NCBI GenBank assembly: GCA_965113315.1
Contig: OZ220369.1
Length of the DNA: 64,000 bases
Source of the DNA: Podarcis vaucheri
Taxonomy: Eukaryota
Reading direction: 5' to 3' (one strand)
In this document: positions 12,501 to 20,673 of the stretch, one piece after another
Numbering within the stretch: position 1 is the first letter of the stretch
How the letters are laid out: each line of letters opens with the position of its first letter
The notes under the pieces: model-generated
Databases searched by the model: none
Seen by the model: only the letters and a program-made list of their open reading frames with translations
Told to the model about the DNA's origin: nothing
Translations under genes and position numbers: made by a program

Positions 12501-15489
12501 GCAGCTCACAGCATAAATTAAAACATATATGGTATAACTAAGCACAAACAATCAATACAGACATTAAAAACTAACCCTATTACAAACAGCACTGAAACCA
12601 CTTAAAACCATTTAAATCCGCACACGCACATACACACACACACCACCGCTCAGAAACCCTACCACAACAGCCAGTTAGTGGCCAAAGGCCTGTCAAAACA
12701 AACAAGTTTTTGACTGCTGGCTAAAGGAAAGCTAGCCTTTTTGTGGAAGGGAGTTCCACCATCTGGGAGCAACCATGAAGAAGGCCCTCTCTCATGTCCT
12801 CATCAAGCATGCCTGTGAAAGTCGTGAGACTGAGAGAAATGCCTTCCTAGGAGATCTCAAAGCCCAGGCAGGCTAATTTGGGGAGATTCAGTCCTTCAGA
12901 TAGCCTGGACCCAAGCCATATAGGGTTTTATGATCACAACCAGCATTTTGAACTGCAAACAACCAGGCAGCCTTGTAACAACAGTGGAGCTGTTGTAACA
13001 AGGAGGATCCAAGCTACGTCCTTGCCAGCATCAGGGACCAAGATACTTCTGTCTGTTCCTCAGTGGGTTGTTAGACTACTTGCACAACGTAGGCTCCTCT
13101 AACCTTGCCAAACTGTGACCAAGGGAAGCCCAGGGCTTGGAAGCCCAGACCACATTTCTTATCATGAAATGCTGCACTGAAACGCATCAGTGACAATCAA
13201 GTATATGGTGGTTTGAAGCCTTTTAAAGAATTGGTCACTGTGGCAAGCTCCCATACAAGCCTCAGGACTTCAACACTGACCCCCACTCCAGTCCTTTGCA
13301 AAATTAAATGTAGCCCAAACTTCGAGGCCTTCCCATGAGTAACAGAGTATCGTACCTGCTGGGCTGCAGCGCTTCCTGACCTCTGTCAAGAAAGTCTGTG
13401 TCTGGGAACCAAAAGGCAGCTGCACTAGCAAGTTGGCATCGCTTGAGATGATCTGGACAGTGACATCAGAGCCTATAGGAGAAGGAGAGAGGAGAGCAGC
13501 ATGAACAACTTTGTGGGCTGACCTTGGGAGAAACATTTCTGGAGAATAAGCTTCAGGAGCACTCCTATTGCTGCCCTACCATGCAGCAGCATGGACAAAC
13601 CTGGGCACAGCTAAAGCTACCCAGAAGCCAATGGCTGCATCATTCTCTTTCCCCATAAGCGACCATGGAAATATCTGTATTGAAGGGCACCATTCACACT
13701 TATAAAATGAACAATATACATATGGACGCAGCAGTGGGGATCAGTGGCAGCACCTTCAGGCAAAGCTCCACATGTGTGCCTAGTACACAAAAACAAGGCA
13801 AGTTTTAATCTTTCAAAAAGCAATATTTCAGCTTTGGCTTTGAAGTGTGTGGTTGGTGAAGTTTCAGAATTCAGAAAGAGTGGGGCTGGGCACCCAAGAT
13901 TTGCTCTGTGGGCTGCAGGAGCTGCTCTGGGAGGGTGGCAGGAGGCGGGAAGGGAGAGAGAAATTAAATAAGAAACAAAGACTTAGTGGAAGCAGAACGA
14001 AACAAGCAGAGGAGCTCATCTCAGTGGGAACTGGCTGGCTTGGCCTGTGTTTTGCCCAGTCAGTGAATGCTGTAGCATTTCCCAGGTACAACAGTTTGGT
14101 TATTTGTGTAGTGTGGAGAACAATCCATGGCCCCGTTGGTGCTGCTCACAGCTCTGCTTGCCAGGGAGGGAGTGAAGCAATCCAAGAAGTGAAGGGCAAG
14201 CACCATCACACTTCTGGGGAATCATTGTTTACAAGAACCACAGCAGAAGCTTACCTACAATGTGCAGGTCATTCTCCCCGGCAACTGTCAAAGGAGAAAT
14301 TATTTTTATTATTTTAGTTATTTATTTGTATCCTGCCTTCTTCCTAGCCCAGGACTCAAGGTGGCTTGCACAAATTAAAGCAACACAGATAAATACAGAA
14401 AGCTAAAAACATACAAACAATAGTTTAAAAGCTGCCTGGCTGGTGGCTGGTGCAAATGCCACCAAAGGGGTTACCCTAAGCTCTCCCTACCCACACCGAC
14501 CATGCTACAAAGGCCTGGTCAATGATCATTATCTGGGGGTGGGGGTGGCCAAGGGACAGAAACACGGGTGACAACGTTCCCCAAAGAGTACACCCACCCC
14601 CACCCCCACCACCTGATTCTTTTGGGGGTCATTTGTCTTGGATTCCTCCTACTCAAGTGGCTCAACGGGAATCATTTCAAGTGTCCCGAGTCGCGGGAGA
14701 GGAGAGGAGGCAGCAGAGCCTTTCCTGCAGAGGAATGTGGCAACGAAGTCAATAAGCCAGAAAGGAGAGCTAGCCCTCACCTTCTTCCACGGCAAAGCCT
14801 TCCTGCAGGAGCAGGACCTTGTCCAGGCGCACGTCCTCGGCGGTGATGGCCATGCGCCGGTGGCTGTACAGGCAGATCCTGCGGAGACAGAGCCGGGAGA
14901 CCCCGCGCCCTCCCCATCAGAGACCAGGATCGTGGCCCCAGCACCTCGCCCACCACGTCTCAGCACCCCGGAGATGCTGCTCTCCCAAGCCCGCTCCTCC
15001 CTCTGTGCTCTCCGCAGCCCACTTCCCCCGGCCCCCTTCTGGGATCCCCAGCGCCCCCTTCCGCTCGCTCCCGGGAACCTGCTCCTCTCCGGGGCCGCGC
15101 GAGACGGAGGAGCTGGGAAAGGAGGAGCAGCAGCCGCAGCCGCACGGAGGGGCGGGGAGGAAGGAGGAGACCCGCCTCCTCTATTCCACGGCCGGCTCCT
15201 GCCCTCACCTGTCTCACCTGTCCCACCTGCCGGGCGCGGCGGACTTACATGGCTTTGCCGTGGCTCTCCACCAGGCCCAGCAGCCGGCTCTCCCCACCAG
15301 CCAGGAGCCCCTGCACCGCCTGCAGCCGGAGGTCAAGGAAGGGGCCGGAAAGTGCCGGAGTGGCGAGCGACCCCCGCCCCACCCTGCCCGTTCTCCCGCT
15401 GGGTCCTTCCCGGGGCGGCCCCCAAAGGATACGACCAGGCAGGTCTCCCCCGCCGAGAGCGATTCCTGGATAGGAACCGACTGATCCAT
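587..15489 (-). CDS. INPP5B: Type II inositol 1,4,5-trisphosphate 5-phosphatase, 5' part (14 coding exons; gene continues beyond the left edge)
   Basis: Exons 15489-15433, 15319-15249, 14878-14781, 14284-14255, 13472-13356, 8848-8746, 7556-7386, 6896-6795, 6076-5962, 5195-5079, 4261-4074, 3073-2962, 2443-2334 and 722-587. All are GT-AG with compatible phases (1527 nt, 509 codons). Starts [12 protein letters not shown] and includes HRRMAIT and QLPFGSQT (PH region) and the 5-phosphatase motifs [41 protein letters not shown] and SDHKPV. A pyrimidine tract at 1-56 looks like the acceptor of the next exon. Confidence 0.96.
1705..1930. mobile_element. Tc1/mariner (Tigger/pogo-like) MITE, 226 bp
   Basis: TIRs CAGTGGTACCT...AGGTACCACTG flanked by TA; internal TTCTTAACCTGA repeats; near-identical copy at 8167. 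Confidence 0.88.
2194..2230. repeat. Perfect 15-bp inverted repeat with 7-nt loop
   Basis: TCTTGTGCAGATGCT-ACAGAGA-AGCATCTGCACAAGA. Confidence 0.9.
4575..4800 (+). mobile_element. tRNA-derived SINE (Squam3-like)
   Basis: B-box-like GGTTTGAATCCC, CCTACCTCACAGGG core, AT tail. Confidence 0.75.
5225..5595 (-). mobile_element. CR1 LINE 3' fragment
   Basis: Translates to [30 protein letters not shown], a typical CR1 ORF2 C-terminus. Confidence 0.85.
6130..6420 (-). mobile_element. CR1-type LINE 3' end
   Basis: Reverse complement of the tail seen at 49980-50325. Confidence 0.7.
6548..6577. repeat. (GGA)n microsatellite
   Basis: Directly visible. Confidence 0.9.
7021..7255 (+). mobile_element. 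tRNA-derived SINE (Squam3-like)
   Basis: GAGAGCCAG head, B-box, (AATA)n tail. Confidence 0.8.
7998..8540. mobile_element. Non-autonomous hAT (Charlie-like) element
   Basis: TIRs CAGTGGTTCCCAAA/TTTGGGAACCACTG; degenerate 8-bp TSD CTTTAAAA/CTATAAAG; the 3' half aligns with the element at 32155. Confidence 0.85.
8167..8392. mobile_element. Tc1/mariner MITE, second copy, nested in a hAT element
   Basis: TIRs CAGTGGTACCTCGG/CCGAGGTACCACTG, TA duplication, same 226 bp length. Confidence 0.9.
10720..11500 (-). promoter_or_regulatory. Intragenic CpG island / internal promoter of INPP5B
   Basis: Dense CpG in an otherwise CpG-poor intron; CCAAT at 11179-11183; GC box CCCCGCCC near 11211-11218. Confidence 0.65.
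11092..11119 (-). CDS. INPP5B: Candidate alternative first coding exon of INPP5B (MCASWRRRA+G, phase 1)
   Basis: ATG at 11119-11117 and donor CAG|GTAGGA. Phase 1 matches the acceptor at 8848. It lies in a CpG island with CCAAT and GC boxes just upstream. Confidence 0.55.
11690..12160 (+). mobile_element. L2-type LINE 3' fragment
   Basis: Translates to [18 protein letters not shown]...[14 protein letters not shown], followed by an AT-rich tail. Confidence 0.8.
12450..12960 (-). mobile_element. L2-type LINE 3' fragment
   Basis: Degenerate [13 protein letters not shown] and KTCLF-like coding on the minus strand, with an AT-rich tail. Confidence 0.6.
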
Positions 15490-16080
15490 CCTGCGCGGAC
15501 GGCGGAGCAGGCAGCACTCCCCGCTGCTGCTGCAGGAGAGAGAGGGTCACCCGGACCCGGCCGGCAGCCCGCGCCGCAACCGGGGAGCGTCAGGAACCGA
15601 GCCGAGGAGTAAGCGGCGGCGCTGGAGCCTGCAGGCCTCTTTCCTTGAGCACGGCGGGGCGGGGGGAGAAGACGGGTCCCGCCTCCGGCCTGGCCGCGGC
15701 TGCCTTGGCGGCTCCGGCCTCCCGGGCGGGTGCAGGAAGGCGAAAGGAGGAGGCCGCCGACGCATGGGCGCTCCCAGGCCCCGACGAGGCGCGGGAAGGG
15801 CGGCTCCGGGCTCCTGCCACCGGCCTTCCGCCCATGGAGCGGCTACTGCCCGGGCTGCAAACCCTTTCTTTTTCGACGGACTCGCCGAAGCTAGACACCC
15901 ACCCGCCCCGTCTGCTGCCAATTGACAGCTTGCCACTTCCCTAAAATGATGCTGCCAGTTCCTCCTGGAAGGTGCAGGGCCCCCCACCCCGCCCCTCAGT
16001 ACATAGTGTGGCGGCCTGAGAATGCTCAAGACGGCAGGCGAAATCCGAAAAGCAAGAAGGCGACCAGGGCCAGACCTCAT
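14880..16080 (-). promoter_or_regulatory. CpG island spanning the INPP5B main promoter and first exons
   Basis: Very GC- and CpG-rich, with several GGGCGG boxes, and overlaps the ATG exon. Confidence 0.8.
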
Positions 16081-16230
16081 TGATCAGCCGCTGATCTTGG
16101 CAGTTACCTGTTGCAGTGATTGCAAAACCTTGGGTGGTTTTTCTGCCTCTGTGGAGGAGACACGGTGCAGGCCCAGGGCAGAGACATGGACTTTAAACAC
16201 ACACACACACTGCTCATCTAGTTAAATAGA

Positions 16231-16236
16231 TTTATT
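16231..16236 (-). terminator. Polyadenylation signal of the LU-like gene
   Basis: AATAAA on the minus strand, followed about 20 nt downstream by a GT-rich tract (16197-16210). Confidence 0.6.
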
Positions 16237-17066
16237 TGCAATTTTTAGGCAAGAGAAACATTTCTGATACTAGGAGTGAGGCGGTGGGTGGAAAGGACAG
16301 GCAGCCCAGCGAGAAAGTGGGTCCCTCATTTAAGGCAGCAGCTAAGATCAGCCATGGCAGCAAGGACCTTTAGGGGGGATAAGCAAACTCCCCCCCTTCT
16401 AGCTTGGCCCATCACCCCTGCAGAGCCAGAAGGGGGTTCACAGAGCCAGCTAGCAGGAAGCCAGGAGAGAGCAGAGTCACTCTAGTTTAAAGAAGAAGGT
16501 GGGGGGGCTCTCTCCCTTTCCTTCACCCCCCCTACCCTGATTAGAGGCTTTCTGTATAGCCCTTGGGACTCTGTCAAATAACAGAAGGCAACCTTCAGCT
16601 TTCTGCAAACCTGGAACAGTCTCCAAACAGTTAAATAGCTGCTCCTGGATAAATAGGACACCCTCCCCTATTTAATCCAAAAGAGAATTCCTGTCTCTTC
16701 TGTCACTTGCCCCCAGGATCAGGCTTGTGACCTGCTGGCTCCAGCTCAGATCTCCTGCCATCGTTCAGACCAGGGCAGAGGGAAGGAAAGTGGCTCTTGA
16801 TTATGTAGGTCTGAGCTAAATTATTGTTATTATTTATTCAATTTATATATCACCCTTTATCACAAGCTCACATAGCCCAAAGGTTCATAAATCACTTGGC
16901 CCTGGAAGAAAAAGGAGGGAAGGGGGGAAGGCATTTGCTGGATGCCTCGTGAGAAAGGCCCAAACCAAGTGGATTCCCCAAGGCAGAGAGGGAGAGAGAG
17001 GCAGAGAAGGGAGAGTTGTTTTTTTGCCACCACCTAAGGACCCGAACAGCTTCAGTTGTGCCCAGC

Positions 17067-17318
17067 CTAGAACAGGAGAGCATAGTTCAGGCTGAGGACG
17101 GCTGCACACGCCAGCAGCTGGAGCAGGGGGGTGAGGGCTACCACTTGCTTGGCTCCATTGAAGTGCACTTTGCCATCCAGCTTCAGGCAGCTGGTCTTGG
17201 GCATCGCCGGGCAGCACTCCTGGTAGCAGGGCACCTTGGACCCTGCGGAGCAGGGCGGGCCAGCCGTTTTGCAGACTTTGCTGCATCCAGCCACAAAGTG
17301 GGGGCCGGTTTTCTTCAT
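17067..17318 (-). CDS. LU-like gene exon 8 (domain 2, Cys6-12, GPI-type tail, stop)
   Basis: Strong acceptor; encodes ...YQECCPAMPKTSCLKL...NGAKQ followed by a hydrophobic C-terminus and TAG. Confidence 0.88.
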   Translation of the reverse strand: MKKTGPHFVAGCSKVCKTAGPPCSAGSKVPCYQECCPAMPKTSCLKLDGKVHFNGAKQVVALTPLLQLLACAAVLSLNYALLF

Positions 17319-20300
17319 CTGGAAGGAGAGAAAGAAGGAGGCATTGGCCCACACAAGTAGCAGACACAGGAACCAGTTGGGCTGCTGTTTCAGGCACTGG
17401 TACTGTGGGGGGCCCCAGAATCAAGCAGGGTGCCTGCAGAGGGTAGCTGGCACTCAGGGCTGCTGATGGGGATTTGGTGGGCCTCCCACTTTCTTCCTCA
17501 GACTTCAGATCTCTCGTCCTAAAAAGCAGACTTCCATTGGATGCTCCAGCACCCATTTAGCTAACTATTCTCATTTCAGAATCCTCACGACAGCCATCAG
17601 GGTGGCCACTGCCCACCCCTTTCCACATTGCTCTCTTGAGGCACGCAGCTCCTGCTGGTTTGTAAGGAGCTTACAAGGCTCAAGCTGCATTCTAAGGCAC
17701 TGCAGCAACACTTCAGACCCCTTCCCTGTGGAAGGGCTTCATTCAGAGGGCAGAACAAGAGCGTGGGCGTTTGGAGGGGGTGTTAACATTACAGGAACGG
17801 TACCTCGCAAAAATTAAAGCCCACAATGCAGCTGGCTGCGTGCTTCTGTCCCTTGTAGCACCCTTCTCCGTGGCAGGTGAAGCTTGAGCACACTTTCCCC
17901 TACAGAGGGAGGAAAGAGAGGCAGGCCATTGAATTGTGGACACCAGGGCTGTGCACTGGATTCAGCCAAATCCCCAGACAAATCAGGGCTGTTCAGAAGG
18001 ACGCAGGCATTTGTCAAGTTGGGTTCAGACAGTCACACATCTCTGCAGGTTGGACTGGATGGCCCAGAGCCATCCATGGCTGTCAGGAAGGAAAGAGAGG
18101 CAGGCAAGGCAGACAAACCCCACAAAAAAGCCCAGACTCTTCTGGGAGGAAGTGGGCCCAACTTCTTTCCTGCCCCCAGGGATCTCCTCCTCTGCTCAAC
18201 AGCTCTTCAATTAAATGATTGATCCAATGTGGGGGGGTGCATCCCTGGTGTTGGGCAGGAGGGAGGACATAGGAAAAGAACCAGGATCCCATTTCCCACT
18301 CATCCACCCACCCACTCTGAGGATGCCACCTGCCCCGCCAGCAAACAAGCCATCCCTTCCAGAACATGAAGTGACACCTACATTTTTAGGGGGTGCTTTG
18401 GTGGTGGTAGTGGTGGGCGCCGGCGTGGTGGTGGGCGGCAGATCACCTAGAACAGACATGAGAGATGGAAGAGCTGGCTGAGGCCCCCATGACCTCTTGA
18501 CCGACGGGAGAAGCTGTCATGCCAGACTGGCAGGTCAGAGAGAGGCTGGCTGTGGGCTGAAATCATGCCCTTCAGCTGCTCCAGGGACTGAGTCCCGAGA
18601 GCCAAGAAAGGCCTCTGAGAAGGCAGCTCTGCCCAGATGCCCCATAGGTCAGCTCAGCCTCCCCAGGGAGAAGTAATCCTGCCAAGCCGAGCATCTTAAG
18701 AGGCCTCCCATTGGGGGAGCTTACCATAGGCTGTAGCGTTGAGGAGCAGGCAGTTTGGGGAGCTGCAGCACTCCATTGAACACAAGTTCATTCTGATGGT
18801 GCCATTCTGCATGCACATGTCGGTGCCGTTGATTCCCCCACACTCACTGCTGCACCGGGCTGTGTAGCTGGTAGTGTTGAGGCGGAAGAGCTGCAAGACC
18901 CACCAAAGGGTTAGCAGGGCAAGGCTGACAACTGACCATCGCTGCATTATGATCCATGCAGAGAAGCAGGAGTGGCTGGACCCCACCAGCCCCACCGTAG
19001 CTGACCCCCCCACACACACTTGTAAGAACACAGTCCAGGACAGAGGCCAAGGCCACCCACAGTCCTTTGCAGCCTCTTCGGGGTTGTTGTTGTTGTTGTT
19101 ACTATTAGTTTATATACTGTACCACTCTTCAAGATCTTATGGTGGTTCACAGGATAAAAATACAAGGTAAAAACAAAAGTCAATAGTGAAAACAAAAACA
19201 TCAGAAGAATACCTCCCAAACCCATTTTAAAAGGCTGTAGAGTATTAATCAACTTTATAAAACCAAAAAAATACAAATACAAAATACAGATTGACATATA
19301 ACACTTTAAAACTGTTTAAAACAACCCCACTCAAATAACACCTCCAGGCTCCCTACCTCACAGTGTGTTGCATTGTGGCAGGTCTCTGTGCTGTTCCCAT
19401 GAGCTTCGTCATGGTAGCATCGCTCCCCGGAACACTGGAAGCTCTGGCATGTGAGCTGCAGAGGGAGATGGAGCTGAACCTTCATGGCAAGAAAACTAGG
19501 CAGCTGCCCTGGCCTCCCCAGGCCAAGCATCCTCTACCCTAGTAGCACCTCTCACCTGCGACCTGGACCTGACCTGCCACCTCCACTTGGACCTCCCAAT
19601 TGAATCATTTCCTGGTTCATATCTCTCACATACAAACCTACCCGATGAATACTTCCATCTGCAGGACATTCCTTCTCACCAAAGGGCTGCAGCCAGCCAG
19701 GAGCAGACAGTCCATGTCTGCCCCACACCCAGACATTCCCATCCCATCACCTCCAACTGGGAAGTGCCCAACATGCCCCCCCCAACACACAGCAGCGCCA
19801 TACTGGGTCAGTTTCTTACGTTCATCATGCCTGTGCTGTTCGCTGAGCTGCTGGGGACGAGGGGTGCTCCTGAAATGGGCCCAGGCTCTGAAAGAGGAAG
19901 CAAGAGGTTAGTAAATACCTTGGGGTGTGAGCCAAGGAAGTCTCTGCTCCTGCTAATGGCAGGAAGTTCCAAGGATCCGCCTCTTCCTCCCCTTCCCAGC
20001 ACATAGCCAGCCAGCCCTCTCACCTGCCAGTATACAAGAGGTCCAAGTACTGAAGTGCAGAGCAACCCAGAGGAGAAAGATGCCTGCAGATGGAAAAAAG
20101 TAAGACCATGTTTGTTTCTTGAAAGGCAGAGAGAAAAGGCACCTCTATCACCCACAGCTCACTGCAGGGGACCATCAGACAATGTCACATCAAGGCATTG
20201 ATGGATCCCATTGCAGACCACTGTTCTTTAGGGCAGTGGCAGAGCTTCATGCTCTGGCACCAGGGGCAGAGAGCAGGCGGGGGCGTGGCTGGCGCGGGTC

Positions 20301-20673
20301 CCGGGGGTGTGGCGCATTGCTTGTGGGGGTGTGGCAGCCAGTGCAGGGGGGGACAGCCACAATGACACCCCACCAGGATCGTGGTGTCGGGGGTGGTGCA
20401 CTCCCCCTGCCCCCCTCTTCCTCTGTCAGCGCTTTAGGGTGGGGCTCTTGTTCTTTTACCAGATGGTTGGGCAAGCAGAAATCCAACAAACAGTAACTCC
20501 CCAATACTACCCCGGTTCCTCTGACTTGCTCAGGAGACACTCTATGTCTTCCATATATCACCTTCGCCAAGGAGCGAGTCACATGTCAGGCTGTCACCTC
20601 TGCCAGAAATTCCACCACAATGAAGCCTCTTACCCTGGGCTGGGAGAATCCGGTGGTTGTTGGGACTTGCCAT
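17067..20673 (-). CDS. Uncharacterised secreted/GPI-anchored protein with two 12-Cys Ly6/uPAR-like domains (281 aa, 8 coding exons)
   Basis: Exons 20673-20634, 20083-20024, 19887-19820, 19455-19357, 18890-18725, 18446-18382, 17899-17804 and 17318-17067, all GT-AG, 846 nt, open frame. Protein: MASPNNHRILPAQGIFLLWVALHFSTWTSCILAEPGPISGAPLVPSSSANSTGMMNLTCQSFQCSGERCYHDEAHGNSTETCHNATHCELFRLNTTSYTARCSSECGGINGTDMCMQNGTIRMNLCSMECCSSPNCLLLNATAYGDLPPTTTPAPTTTTTKAPPKNGKVCSSFTCHGEGCYKGQKHAASCIVGFNFCEMKKTGPHFVAGCSKVCKTAGPPCSAGSKVPCYQECCPAMPKTSCLKLDGKVHFNGAKQVVALTPLLQLLACAAVLSLNYALLF*. Confidence 0.88.
17804..17899 (-). CDS. LU-like gene exon 7 (domain 2, Cys1-5)
   Basis: Encodes GKVCSSFTCHGEGCY...NFCE; phase 0 to 0; this frame is not in the supplied ORF track. 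Confidence 0.85.
18382..18446 (-). CDS. LU-like gene exon 6 (mucin-like Pro/Thr linker 2)
   Basis: Encodes GDLPPTTTPAPTTTTTKAPPKN; phase 1 to 0. Confidence 0.85.
18725..18890 (-). CDS. LU-like gene exon 5 (domain 1, Cys6-12)
   Basis: Encodes LFRLN...ECCSSPNCLLLNATAY; donor G|GTAAGC; phase 0 to 1. Confidence 0.88.
19357..19455 (-). CDS. LU-like gene exon 4 (domain 1, Cys1-5)
   Basis: Encodes LTCQSFQCSGERCY...THCE; phase 0 to 0. Confidence 0.85.
19820..19887 (-). CDS. LU-like gene exon 3 (Pro/Ser linker 1)
   Basis: TACTAAC branch point plus pyrimidine tract, donor AAC|GTAAGA; phase 1 to 0. Confidence 0.8.
20024..20083 (-). CDS. LU-like gene exon 2 (hydrophobic signal peptide core)
   Basis: Acceptor TTTTTTCCATCTGCAG, donor CAG|GTGAGA; encodes GIFLLWVALHFSTWTSCILA. 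Confidence 0.8.
20634..20673 (-). CDS. LU-like gene coding exon 1 (MASPNNHRILPAQ)
   Basis: ATG in GAGATGG context; donor AGG|GTAAGA; phase 1 fits the next exon; acceptor candidates upstream near 20695 and 20705. Confidence 0.7.

Noticed and set aside
14638-15612. 324-aa plus-strand ORF
   Set aside because: Antisense to INPP5B exons within a CpG island; compositional artefact.
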